64,000 nt of DNA. Origin: Phoronis australis. Its lineage: Eukaryota; Animalia; Phoronida. The translations under genes and the position numbers were made by a program. The stretch lies in NCBI GenBank assembly GCA_002633005.1, contig NMRA01000273.1, positions 5,968-69,967 on the forward strand. Direction: 5' to 3'. Of the stretch, positions 23,901 through 36,316 are shown piece after piece. The notes below the pieces were generated by a model. That model was not told the origin of the DNA, ran no database searches, and saw only the letters and a list, made by a program, of their open reading frames with translations. Within the stretch, counting starts at the first letter, position 1, and each line of letters opens with the position of its first letter.

Positions 23901-25300
23901 TGAAGTTCATTGTGTGTCCCAAGATCGACCCAAGGAAAAGCAACTAAACTGTTCAACTTTCCCAAACTTAATACTTGACATAATTTGCAATATGAGTAAA
24001 GGATAAGCTGAGACCATTTTGATAGTGAATGGCAAAATACTTCCACTCCCATATTTCAGCAGTTGTTTAAGACTCATCAAAGTAGTTCTTTCAAATTGCC
24101 CCCTTAGAAACCTACCTATTCGATATGTGGCCATATTCCATCTGTTTCCATGATGCCCTTCGCATGCGAATATAGATGAAAAAGCATGGCAATTTCTCTC
24201 TTTTTAAATGAGGCAAATAAACATGGTATTAAGCTGATGTCCAACTTTAAGACTTCGGGAGCAGGCTCTTATACAGAGAAAGTATGCTTTGGAGGACCTG
24301 CCGCTCAGATGGGTGTCAGTTCATGTTCATATTCCGTAAGAAAGATCATTTTTCCAACGGATAGCTTTTTGTTACTTTACTCTACAAAAGGGCCTATTCT
24401 TGCAGGAAAAGTGCAGAATGGTTGCGTATTTCATTAAAATGTTTTGCTTAAAAAATAACATAGTCTAAAGTTGTTTATTCAATTTCAGGAGAACAAAAGA
24501 ACAGTTTGGAAAAGAATTGTAACATTTTCATATCAAATGGGTACCCTTAATTGCGCTTGCGTACTATATGAAGTGTGAGGGTTTATCTTCCCACAGTCTG
24601 AAAGGATATATTCTAGTCCCAGCTGAATATCTTATTAAAAGTAGCCAATTAATTGGAAACCTATGCCACACCCACTACCATGTGCCGTGCATGAAGTCCT
24701 GTATATCTGAATTTGTGAGTTCAAGTGGAACTTACAGGCTAATTCCTTATCTCTGTGATAGCTTGGCCAAATTACTGAGGAACATAACGACAATGTGCAT
24801 AAGAATTTGGTTGAAAGTTGTTCTAAGAACGAGTTTTGTGACGAAAATGTTCTGCCGCAAGTCACTGATCTGTGCCCAGTAAGTATCATGACATGGTGCT
24901 GGGAAATTTCACTGCTATATGAGCCGGCGAGGTACCTCATTAGTGGAAAGGTCACCTGCTTGAAGAATGTTTTGTTTTCACACTTACAAGTTGTCAGTGA
25001 ATACATGTGCATTTTGTTGATATTCAAAGAGCATTGCTGTTTAGTTCCTGTAATTCATTAGCACAGTTAGGAGCATTCAAACTCATCTTTAAGAGGTTTA
25101 AGGAAATTTTGTGACCAGGATATTCATCAGAATTGGGTACTTGTGTCTCCATGAACCTATTTCAATAAGCCACCCATTTGTTAATGTAAATTTTTTAAGT
25201 ATTCCTTGTCTGTAAAAGAGTGACTCGTTTCAAAACCTGACTCAAAGGAGTGCTTGAATTCAATACCAGAGAGGCTTGCAGAATGAATTCCCACGAAGAT
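21000..25300 (-). pseudogene. Intron-containing P-element-like (THAP9-superfamily) transposase, decayed
   Basis: Spliced exons: GNRWNMATYRI| (donor at 24116); |ALSIYSRSPA(fs)AYDALRNWDIFHLPSKSSLKQYT...GEGVLILDEVKV...QFLWHDLSSPFDVIGPYY (23666-23161); FHVNSIVLNGTNSNLAMVK...KIYFVICPTHE| (22198-22055); |MKNLINQLLAS...FGWKKVEDMWKRE...RDAWTKLNVKPVKIMQ| (21643-21404). All junctions are GT-AG. TIRs were not found and the outer limits are approximate. Confidence 0.85.
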
Positions 25301-26104
25301 TACACACTGAAAATAGCCATTTATTTCCTATTTAAAGCAATAAGGTATCCAATCAAAAGTCGAATTTTGAAAAATAGACCTATTATACAAAATTTGGAGT
25401 AAACCGTATCCTGCTTTCCTTTCAAGTCCAAAATCGACAAAGAACTTTCCCAATTCGATGCCAAAATTGGTGAAAATTACAAAACGAGTCCTTGTTTAAG
25501 GCTTGGAATTTTCCGCGGAAACGTGGATTTCCGCTTTTTTCTTTTATTCCCTCCGCGTATTTTCGTTATATTTCCGCGGAAAAAATCGGTTTTGCCATAT
25601 AATTATCGCGGCAAATTGGTTTCTCACCGCGGCGTTGCGCCTCATTTTGTACCATTTAGCACAATTTGTGGGTCTCAAGCATGTCCCTGGCCTGCTGTAA
25701 TCTAACATTAGGTACTTTGGCAAAAATCGCACACAGCTACAAGCACTGTCGTAGTCGCATTTCTTTATTCCGCCACAGTATGCATAATCGGAAGTTAGTT
25801 TCGCCAGGTGCTCTTCCAAATTGATCCACATCAGCTGTTCACCATTAAATACATCAAATTCCTCGCCAAGAACATTTCCGTCAACACAAAACGCTCCTTT
25901 GCAATTCTTCAAAATTCGTATATGCGCTTGCGTCGAAGGACCCGTACTCGCCGTGGCTGGAATGTCGGCAGCCACACGACTAATTTCCACAGCTATCTCC
26001 TGTTGAAATTCTCCATACTTCAACATTCTTGTTTGAAGGTGCTGATAATTGCTTTCAATGGATTTCATAATAATAGACAAATGAAAGCGCTCCGAGGAGC
26101 GAAC

Positions 26105-26415
26105 CTTGGCGAAATTAACCAAAAAGATGACGATAAAGATGATGACGAAGATGACGAATATGACGACGATGGTGAACAAAAGAAGTATTAATAACATACA
26201 CATGACGAACGTAGAAGTCCGAAATCAGTAAGAAAAAGGCTACAGTCTTGTGCGACACTTGGCGAAATTAACGGAAAAGACAACGACGGAGATGATGACG
26301 AAGATGATGACGATGACGACGAATATGATGATGGTGGTGGCGATGATGAACAACATCCCAACATTCATATGACGAACTTAGATGTCATAAATCAATAAGA
26401 AATAGGCTACAGTCT
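26105..26415 (+). repeat. Tandem duplication of about 155-bp unit with (GAY)n microsatellite
   Basis: Two units each start cttggcgaaatta, contain GAT/GAC runs and end aggctacagtct. Confidence 0.8.
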
Positions 26416-26419
26416 AGTT

Positions 26420-27275
26420 GAATAGAAGATATACCAACATCAATGCAGCAAGAGCGCTCAACAAAGGAACAGCGTTATCAGAAAATCTCAAATAACTCGA
26501 AAAGTAGACGTCCTAGCGAAAAATGGAAAACATCTTCTGAAAGCCCGTTCAAAAGTCTATCTAAACTGATGGTATCGCCTAATTCCGTAAATTTTTTGGA
26601 AAAAAATGAAATTTTGCTTATTTTTTAAGAAATTCAAAGTCAAATAACTCGAAAACGTTAAGTCTGAGAAAAAAATTCATTTGAAAGAGTATATCCTAGA
26701 GAATCCACATGCAAAAATTCACGTCATTTTCTTCACCCGTTTAAATGGCACTTACGTACGACTGAAAATAGGTCAACATGCACAAGATCCGCCATCTTGA
26801 AAGCAACTTCCGGTTTTTTGGATTGATATAATAGCATTTTACAAAAAACTAATATCCGTAAAACTTCAAAGGAATTGACCTTATAATGCGCCCTCTACAG
26901 GAGAAAACGTTTTTAGGCCAAAATTGAGGTGCGCATGCGCGATCGCCGATATTTCCGCCATCTTTAACCGGAAGTAAACAATTTCCGGTATGCTTGTAGC
27001 AAACTTCCGGTCCACTTACTGTGCTGATTCTTAGCCTTTTACGTAAAAAATTGTAGCCTCCAGAAGCATTTGAACCTTTAAATGAAAACAAAATGGCCGC
27101 CAAAGCCGCCATCTTGGATCCGATTTTGACGAAAAACAATAGGCTTCCAGTACTTCCGGAAGTACGTATTATGTGATGATCGGACGAAAATTGCGACCTG
27201 TATCGTGCGAACAAACAAAAAAAAACTTAGTGTCAGAGCAATATACTTGGCGAAATTTATTTCGCCAAGTAACAA
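26420..27275. mobile_element. Non-autonomous interspersed element (Helentron/HINE-like) with terminal hairpin
   Basis: Perfect 11-bp stem ACTTGGCGAAA-ttta-TTTCGCCAAGT at about 27245-27270. Internal degenerate repeats (ccgccatcttg, aaataactcgaaaa). Confidence 0.45.
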
Positions 27276-27618
27276 GTAAAAATCGGAGTTATCACACAGG
27301 CTCGCTGGCCTGCTGCCTTCCAGTTTCACCCTGCTAAAGCCGACGTGCGCAATAGCCGAATTAGCTGAGTACATTGGTGGTCACGCGCCGGGTTACAGGC
27401 CCATGAGGCAAGTTGCAGCAACAAATTCATTACATATCCATACACCCTTTTACACGCACAATTTATCGTGTAACACTGCCCCTGTATTTCTTAAACTTTA
27501 ATTTAGTGCTCGAGCTATTCGACGAGTGCATGTTGAAACACAACATTGACGTTACACTTCCGATGGAGCCCTCGCAGCAGCAGTGCTGCAGTGGGGCGTT
27601 GGCGCACGTAGGCGCAGC

Positions 27619-27933
27619 CAGTGGCGTATTGGGGGGGGGACCAACGAGGCCATGCCCCCCCCCCTAAAATTCTCCCAGATACGATTTGGCAGTTCGGGGT
27701 GCGAAATTGCTGACTAGCATATGCGCGCACCCAAGTGTGCTCGGGCGGGTGGCGAATGAGCAATGCATAGGTCTTGAACAAATCCCGTTTACGTTTTTTT
27801 TAGTAATAAGGTCCACGAACCCAAAAATTCGAGACCCCTCCATCCCTACATTTTAGGCTGGGCGCGCATGTGGCCAGATTCTGGTTATTCCTGTGCCCTG
27901 CCCCCCCAACTCAAAATCCTGGATTCGCCCCTG
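27619..27933. mobile_element. MITE family 1 with nested family-2 MITE (about 27718-27872)
   Basis: gcagc|cagtggcgta...ttcgcccctg|gtagc. Inner element catatgcgcgcaccca...ctgggcgcgcatgtg. Confidence 0.75.
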
Positions 27934-28473
27934 GTAGCCAACCATATTTTTAGAATGTGAACCGTAGGTTACGTTATAGTGGGGCGTAAGTGCACGTAGG
28001 CGCAGCCAACCATCTTTTTACATTATGCATTAAGACTCTTCCTTGCAGTACAGCTGATTGTGAACGTGGATTCACCGAAATGAACGGGATAGTCAACAGA
28101 CGATAGAAGTGCCCCGAAGACAAACCTCACGGGCGATTAAAAACGCCACCAGCATATCTTTTATGGGCGTTACGCTCCTGTTTTCCTTTATAGTTGTGTT
28201 GGGCCCCTTCAGAGACCGCTTGGAATGCACGCGGGCCTTTGCCTTCCTTTAATTTATGTTTGGGTCCCCCTTTCCGCGACATCCTAGATTCGACATTGCA
28301 GTCTCGAAGTAAATGCCCACCCGTGAGTCAAAAATAGATGTACATACATGTTTTGTGAATCAGGTTTTGCGAATTCAATGCACTTTTAAAATTAAGTGCT
28401 CATGGTGACGCGGTGGGTTTTTGCACCTACTTGATTTTACCACTACAGCATTGCGCAGGACAGCCGCAGGAAG

Positions 28474-28977
28474 CATGGGCGCACCCGGGGGCAGGCTGGC
28501 TCAAATGAGCCCCCCAATTCGGCAAATTGGGCAAAAAGGTCCGCCTCAATCATGCGCGCACCCAGCCTCTTATATGAGGGGCTCGAATATCTGGCAAAGT
28601 GCAGCTTTTGCTAACAAAAAAGCCGGAGGACTAAAATAATGGGGTATCACCTTCAGGCCTGTGAACTGTGCGTCTGCGCCTATTTAGTGGACTTTTGTCT
28701 CGTTTTCTCTGACTTTTTGTTTCTCTGAGGCTGACCTTTTTTTCCACTTCGCTAAAGGGGGCCCGTTTGAGCCCCCCGAGCCCCCCTGGGTGCGCGCATA
28801 TCAATGAAACAAAAAGTCCCAGCAAACAAGCCAAAAGTCCACAGGAATACGGCGCGGATGCATTATTCCTATGTCTGAACCTAGTGGCCCTGTTTCAGTC
28901 CTTGTTGATTTTTTCGTTAAAGGATCCGCATATCGAAAAATTCGATCCCCCGATATTTTAAGCTGGGTGCGCGCATG
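28474..28977. mobile_element. MITE family 2 (TSD GGAAG) containing an inverted family-2 copy (28551-28800, TSD TCAAT)
   Basis: ggaag|catgggcgcaccc...tgggtgcgcgcatg|ggaag. Inner element tcaat|catgcgcgcaccca...gggtgcgcgcata|tcaat. Confidence 0.85.
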
Positions 28978-29279
28978 GGAAGCGGGGAAGGCGGGGATAG
29001 CGTCCCCCCAATTGCAGGCGTCAGGGTCAAACTGTGGCAACCGACATAGGCGTTAGGCTGGGGAAAGTCGAATACGGATAAGAGAAAAAGTCAAGAGAAC
29101 ATTTCTGAAAACTCAGTATTTGTGTATGGTTTACTTTTTGAGGCCCCTAGCCAGGACGTTGTTGTTAGGGTCTCTGATTTTGCAGCATTGGTCGTCTTAA
29201 CGCACTTGAAAACGTGAACTTATTTCCAAATTTCGAAAAATTTTGCAAAGCGAAAGTCTTTAATTCACTGGATTTGTAA

Positions 29280-30080
29280 GTTCAATGAAACATTTTTGCG
29301 AATGCAAAACTATATTTTTCCAGAGGTCTCTCTCTCGCAAGGGTTAGCGGCCACAACCGTGACTCTATTTTCTTCGTTTTTGCTTCGAAATTGTATACCT
29401 TGAGAAAAACTGATTACCTTGCCGATAACATTAATTGCTGCGCATTTCGTGATATTTGAAAATATAGAGCTCTTCGTATTCAGAGGTACAGCCCTTGAAG
29501 TGGGACATTGATGGCATTCCAGTGGTAACCCATTTCGAGTTTTGTTGACAAATTCTTAAGGGGCCGCTCACGGAGAGAGAGCCCAATGTTGGAATCGATT
29601 ACCTTGGTGAAATCGTACAACTGGCTTTCATGTTCAGGAAGGTCACTCTTGCAGGGTCACACGACGTGTAAACGAATGAACTGTCACACTTTCCCAAGCT
29701 TAATGATGTTTACTATTAGTCGTTAATCTTAGTGTCCCATTTTGACTGGAGACAAGACTCTTTCTCGGGGCGGTTCGGGAGAAGTGTCCCTCTATACACC
29801 TCCGACATGACACGGCCAACTGTTCACGAGGGGAAGGTGGGATTCCAAATTCATCAAAAAACACAAAACAATCGTGCACAGCAGTATCAAGACATTCCAC
29901 CCAAAGAACCAAAAAGTGTGAAAAATGTGAAAAATTTATACAGATTGGAAAAGGTGGAATTTTGAAGAACGAGAAGACCATTACATGTATTTGTGAATTA
30001 CTCGAAAAGGGCTATTTCCGATAAAATAATGTTACTTGAACTCCAGGCGTTGAAGTGTGTGCATTTTTGGGACACACTTG
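29280..30080 (+). mobile_element. Non-autonomous Tc1/mariner-like element (inverted copy at 55731-57690)
   Basis: Ends ...gcatttttgggacacacttg|ta. The body matches 56890-57660 in reverse complement (e.g. ccgctcacg, aatgttggaatcgattacct). The left boundary is approximate. Confidence 0.65.
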
Positions 30081-30262
30081 TATCATTTTCCCCAGCCACC
30101 CGGCGGCAGAAACTAGACCAGTCAGTGACCGTGTTTCAACAAGCGACTTTGAAACAGCGCTATAGGCTAGGAACTTCGGAACTATACTTTTCAAAAAAAA
30201 TCTTCGAAGGGAACAACCATATCAAAATGAACTTTTCCCGAAACTGGATAATAAAACGTCCT

Positions 30263-30456
30263 TAGAGCCAGAACAGACGGGTAGGTTCGCTAAGCTAAGC
30301 TGCGTCAATTAAGTGAATCGTATACTGTAGCTTATCTGTGAACGGTGACTTATAGCTTCATCGCGGAATTTCGTATCATGTTTTGACACTATTAAATGTC
30401 AGCTACATTTTCTCAGTGAGGCATCTCCTAGCTACCCGTCAGTGTGCTGGCCCTAG
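30263..30456. mobile_element. Small TIR MITE
   Basis: agagccagaacagacgggtag ... ctacccgtcagtgtgctggccct. Confidence 0.55.
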
Positions 30457-31510
30457 GCTCATGCTTACCCTCCCTGAAACGTTGTTCGTTGGTTCACGCG
30501 GTTTTTAGTCCTGAACCATGAGCAGGTGGGATCAGTGCCGCGGGGCCCTCCCTATGGGACTCGGTACAAACATGGCGCAATCCGGAGAACAGGCAAGGGG
30601 ATTGGGCCGGGGAGTTAGGATGTGACCATAGAAAAAGGGGGAGTTGTTTGACACAGTCGACTTAGTTTGTGCCCCAATAATTGTTGCCGTAAGTTCCTAC
30701 GGGGCTGCATGGACGACACCGGCCACCGTCATGGCGTAAGGCTAACGCCAATTTCTCGACTAACTCCTGCTTCTAAATCTGATTTAAGCAAAATGACAAA
30801 GATCCTCGCATACACCCATGCAAGCGTATCCAAAATGTATTTTCATGTGAAACCATATTCAATGTTCTTTGAACATTCACTTGAGTTGATTTCTTAAGTT
30901 TCTTGGAATGCGATCTGACCAAGTAACTGCGTTTCAAGTCATACACTATAGGCACCTGACGGTTCAAATTGGAAGCTCGTGTCGTATGACGTCGTATGAC
31001 GTAAGAGATGCGAGCCTCATTTGCATATGTCAGTGACATCTGTTGATTCAAAAAAGAGGATCATGCCCGAGTACATGCCTATGAAGAGGCATCTTTTAGA
31101 AGGATAAAGCACGTCACGTTCAAAGCATCTCAGTGCCATTAATATGCAGTCTTAACGGACCAAAGTGGTGCCATTTTATAGCTAAAGAGTTAATCTTTCA
31201 AACACAATGCTTGGATTCCAGGTAAATTGAACATTTACTTTTGAAAACACGTTTGAAATCACGTTAAAATGCGCTAAAACAGTTGTCCCTTCCTGGTTAT
31301 CTCTTCCTGATATGAGTAAGATAATACACGCAGTGTTGGCTTACGTAGTAAATGGGCTACAAAAATCGTTCATAGTCCACCATTTTCTCACGTTGTTGTA
31401 AAGCTAACCAATGAATGCCGAGGTTACAACAAGCAATGCTAGAGCGCGTGCTACTGCGTAATATCTGCGTGCTGGCTACAGGCACGTAGGGTACCAGCGA
31501 GCTTGACCTG

Positions 31511-31911
31511 GGCCCGGTCTCTAATCTTTGTACTCGAAACGAACTCGAAACTATTTTTGGCAATTTCTCTGCTCTTTTTGTGCGAACTTAAGATAATTGG
31601 TTATCAGACTGTGCTCGAATACATTATAGTTTATGCATAGGAGTTTCTAGTTCAAGTTTGCCCTTGAAGACCCTTATATTCGTGCTACAAACTCGAGTAA
31701 AAACTCGAAATTTCGAGTTCAAACTTGAACTTGTTGCTTTAATATTGGGTTTACAAACTGTGAACTAAGGGCAATAAATTATCTCCGTAAGTTATTGTGT
31801 ACTCGAGCATAGAATAATAGACACTTATCTTGAGTTCGCCCAAAAGTAGAGTAGAAAATGCCAACTTTAATTTCGAGTTCCATTTCGAGTAAAAAGATTG
31901 GAGACCGGGCC
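31511..31911. mobile_element. PIF/Harbinger-type foldback MITE, 3-bp TSD CTG
   Basis: ctg|ggcccggtctctaatc...gattggagaccgggcc|ctg with long imperfect inverted arms. A related internal fragment lies at about 10175-10380 and in its duplicates. Confidence 0.8.
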
Positions 31912-32537
31912 CTGATCGCTCTCTTGAGTGTCGTCCTTCCTGAGAGAAGGACGTCTCGATTCAGCGTGCTCGTGTCAGAGTTACAAGTAAAAGAAGACAT
32001 GATATCGTGGACAAGGGTGAGTAGTACCGTACAACCTAAATAGCCACAGTTTACAACAAAAGTAAAGCGTTTGACAGTTGTTATTGTTTGATGAGGAGGG
32101 TGTTAAGAATTGTTGCTGTGTTTATTGACCAGTATGTTGTTATCATTCCCCTCCTCCTCCGCCCCTCCTTGTCTCCCTCCTCCTTCCCCCCGCTTCCTCT
32201 CTCTCTCGTTGGTACCCAAACAATAACATGGTGTGAGAGCAGCACGTTCGGTGCCCTGAATGTATTTACACCTAACAGGGATACGTCACTGCCTTCATTC
32301 AAACCGCTGCAATTATGTTCTTGATAAACTGATAAAATGGTTTCTATTGGAATGTCGCTCTGTTAACATGTTTAAGCCTAAGGAAAACGTCTGATGATAA
32401 CGACATTGTAGGTTGTATGCTTGATAAGAGTTTATCGCTTAGCTGCTGCCGTGTATTAAATAAAGCCTGGAGATAACGACGTTTTAGCTCGAGTGGTAGA
32501 CGAATAAGAAGTAGACTGTTTCACTGTTTTCTCGGAA

Positions 32538-32565
32538 ATGGTAAACACTTCAGACAGAGGTGAGG
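32538..32565 (+). CDS. IFI27: Putative first coding exon of the IFI27-like gene (MVNTSDRGE-G)
   Basis: gaaATGG start, phase-1 donor G|gtaag at 32566 in frame with the exon at 37649, and TATA-like tattaaata at about 32454. There is no homology support. Confidence 0.45.
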
Positions 32566-33304
32566 GTAAGAATAATTGAGTTTTTCCATTATGGACAAAA
32601 TAACGATTTGTTAGTCAACTTAAGTATTGCCATCTGCAGCAGTACCTCCAACAGTTCGACTTAATTAAAAAACCGTCGCGGCGTTCTTAGATGTTGCGAC
32701 GGACATTTCACCGTTGCACTTCGGCATAGATCCAGATGCCCCATTTTTTCATTTTCGAATGATGGCAACTACGTGATACGCCTGAAAACTCATCGAATGT
32801 ATATGCCTAACAGTCTAAGCTTTGCCTTACTGTAAAAGGACCATACATGATTCGGTTCACGCTTGTGTTGTACGCACACGAAAAAACAACTGGATTTTTA
32901 ACCTTCATGCAACATAAATACATTAATGAAAACCTTAAAATTTTATGCACATTTCATTGGTGTAGCTGAATTTTACACTCACAATTTCAGACAAACGTAA
33001 CGACCACAGTCAGTTTCGTCTGAAATCGGCAGACAAATTTTCTGAAGCATGTCCACGAAAGATTGTTGCATTTTGAAGTCAAATGCTATTTGTTATTTTC
33101 GAATGGGCTTCGCCTGCTAGGCCCTCCTGTACATAATACGTTGTTCGGAATGAAAAAATCGCAATCCTCGTGCCTCCCTAACTAGTCTTCCTCGTGCCCG
33201 AAAATGCACTCATTAGAGTCCAGGAAAGACAACACCTGTAGACCGGCAGCCCAGAGCACTAAGCGTAGATGAACGAGGTACCAACATCTGACCAAGGAGT
33301 GTAC

Positions 33305-36300
33305 TAGTACAGGAGAGTTCACTCCGCCATTTTACCATTCGCCGCAATGGTTACCGGTAGAAACACTAGTGCCCCAAGCGGTGAATAATCAACACTTAAG
33401 AGAGCAGTCCGAACAATGTAAATACTGATAAATTCATATTTTAATGACATGCAATGTGCAATAGAATTAATGTGTGATTGAAAATGGTTAGAATACATAA
33501 ATTAACACCCACTTATAGTCGAATGAGAACGAAGATGTGTATTTTCAGTAATCACTATTAAAGTGTTTTTGTTTTTATTGTCTTGAAGCTCAGGGCCTTC
33601 AAAATTCATCATGGTTTTGTTTCATGTTTGAATTCTTAACAAGGCAATTACCGTTCCTTATAACAGTTTATACCTCCATTCGACTACATAATTTGAATGA
33701 TTGCTCCTGGGGATTCAGAGGGGAATTCCCCCCAGGTGCCAGCTAAGGGAGTACCAGGCAAAAACCAGGTGGGCGCCAAATGGGTGTTGCGCCCTCCCAG
33801 GGGGGTTAAATGGGAGGAGTGCTAAACAGGTAAAAACCAATGGGGTATGCCACATGGGTGTTGAGCCCCTCCCATCGTCACAAATTTTGGTTGCTACCCT
33901 GACCATTGACAAACACGTAGCTCCCAGATCACAGCTGGTTTCATCTCCACCCAACAATTTCGCATGTGTTCACTATTCAATGCACCAGGCTAGTACTAGC
34001 AATGAAGGCAATTGTTTTGTGCAGTGGGTGTTACACATGAAAAAAGAAGAAAGTAAAGCAATTCATCACTACCACAAAATCATAATATAATTTTAGAACA
34101 TTCCATTATTTCTTAGAACTGCCAGTCTAGGGTAAACTCGATCCCACTGTCCCGCTATAATCACCAACAGTTACAAGCAGTTGCGGATCTAGGATACCAT
34201 GAGGGGAGGGCCCCAATATCCTCGGGGAATTGGACAAAGCACGAATGTATGTGCACGCAGGCAGTCTGGAAGGTGCGGGGGCCTAGGATGTATACCCTCT
34301 GTTTAGAAAATCTATAGGTGGACTAAAAAAAACGGGAGCGTGTTTTCCCCCTCGTGTTTCCTCAGACTTCACGCTGTTTTGTTGGTTCAGTTTGCTTGCG
34401 ACAGCCAAAAGGGGGGGGAGGGGCGGCCCCCCTGCCCCCCCCCCCTCTAAATCCGCTTATGACAAGTCAGTTTCTAATCTGTAGAATAGCTCACAACTTA
34501 CAAAACGAAGTAACATTGAGTATATCATCATTCACAACTAGTCCAAGTTCAAAATGTCATAACAAAAAATTAAGAGGTACTGAACAGCAATCAAAATATT
34601 CACTACCCACACAGATTCATACAAAACTGAATTGCAAAGATTTGGATGCCGATAGAACCAAAATTTAACTTTATATACCCACTGCCCCTATTATCAATAA
34701 CAGTAAATATTTCAGGTAAATTAAAGCCAAGATCATATCTATTACCTAGCCACAACTGAGGCTTAAATTAATCACAATCTCCAAAAACGTACAAAATAGG
34801 CAACACACATACACCAATACAACAAGAAAATCTGACCAACCTTGTCACTCTCTATTAATTCACTAGTAAACAACAGCACTTTTCGCCAAAGAAATGCGTT
34901 ATAAATAAAGCTGAAAACTTAATTTACTCACAGAGGTCATTTGTCATCAAGAAGCAAAATGATGAGGATAGTTTGGGATGAACAAAATTTCAGCCCACCA
35001 TTCAGACTCTGAAAGATCCATCAGTTTATTCATTATTGTGATATTTAAAATGAGGGTGGCCTCTTCAGTGATAGTACTGCTTTCCGAAAGGGCCCTCACT
35101 TTGGCTCTCTCCAAATCCCAGGCTAACCATTCAAAAAATGTTTCAATCTGATCAACCTTTAGTAAGTAAAATATGACAACCAGATTTTGACTAATTGTCC
35201 TTTCTACACGTGATGTTCCAGTACTTGCTTTGTGAGACGATACAGAAATGCAAAAAAGCCTATTCCAGAGCTGTAATATAATTCCCGGAGGACTTAATTG
35301 ACATCTTCATTTTTGGTGGATTCGTGACATCAAATATTGCTCGGGCACTGCGTTCAATACCAGCTTGTTCTTCATTCATGAACATGGACTCCTCGAAGTG
35401 ATGAGACCATAACTTGCAGTTCTTGGACAAGTAGGCTGCATCTCTATTCATAAGGACTGCTCCCAGCACTTGAACCTGAACAGAAATCAATGAGAGACTG
35501 AGGAACACACCTCATACTCACTAGGCTCACAGAGGATTGGTAGCCTACACTAAACTACACTACACTACAGAATTCGTGTCGCATTGTGATTGTGATATAG
35601 ACAAAAGCGTCTTGGTGTCAACTGAAAAAACTAGAACTCAAATGTCGATCCACGGATATTTTAAGGGCCGCGCCCCCACATCATAGGCACATAGAATTAA
35701 GTTTTCAATGACGCACTGCTTGGTCCAACTGGCACAATAAAATTATGTTGATTTTTTCACTTTTTCACTGAGACCCACAGATTCTCCAACTTGACTCATG
35801 ACAGACTCAGGCCCTGTGGCTGTGATTGTGTCATGGCCGTGTCACCAGTCATATTACCAATGGCCATGGGTATGTTTTCCTGCGATCACTCGGTGACATT
35901 TTGATTTGAAATTCATGGACAGCAAGTATCCAAAAAGCTGACGATCACATCGTATGTTAATCATAGTCCTTCCGCCGGCAGCCGGCTGCACAGTAGGCCT
36001 AGCCTACTGCCGACAACAGTGGTAACGGGACTGCGATCGACTTGTCTAACAACTGTGAACAGAACACACAAAATGAAAGACAATGTATCATATTATTGAA
36101 TAACAGATAACCCTTACCTTTCTGGATCCTTAGGAAACCTAAAAAATGACACGTCTGGGGTTTTCGTGGATGAATTCAAGCAATTTATCGCACTGTAAAA
36201 TGCGTCCTTCCGCATTCATTGTTTTGGCGCTTCCTGGTTGACCGTTGCTTCTTCACCACTTGTCGGCGCTAGTAGTAGCGGTAACAGCGAACTCACAAGT

Positions 36301-36316
36301 GGACTCTCCTATACTA
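33305..36316 (-). mobile_element. THAP-encoding DNA transposon remnant with TIRs, inside the putative IFI27 intron 1
   Basis: TIR tagtacaggagagttcact / agtggactctcctatacta. Spliced THAP: SAINCLNSSTKTPDVSFFRFPKDPER|gtaag (about 36195-36118), then cag|...KNCKLWSHHFEESMF...IFDVTNPPK (about 35475-35310). Confidence 0.7.
34178..34461. mobile_element. MITE family 1, TSD ACAAG
   Basis: acaag|cagttgcggatctagg...ctaaatccgcttatg|acaag. Confidence 0.85.

Noticed and set aside
25808-26191. Acidic-tailed plus-strand ORF and hydrophobic signal-like start of the minus ORF
   Set aside because: Both derive from the (GAY)n microsatellite.
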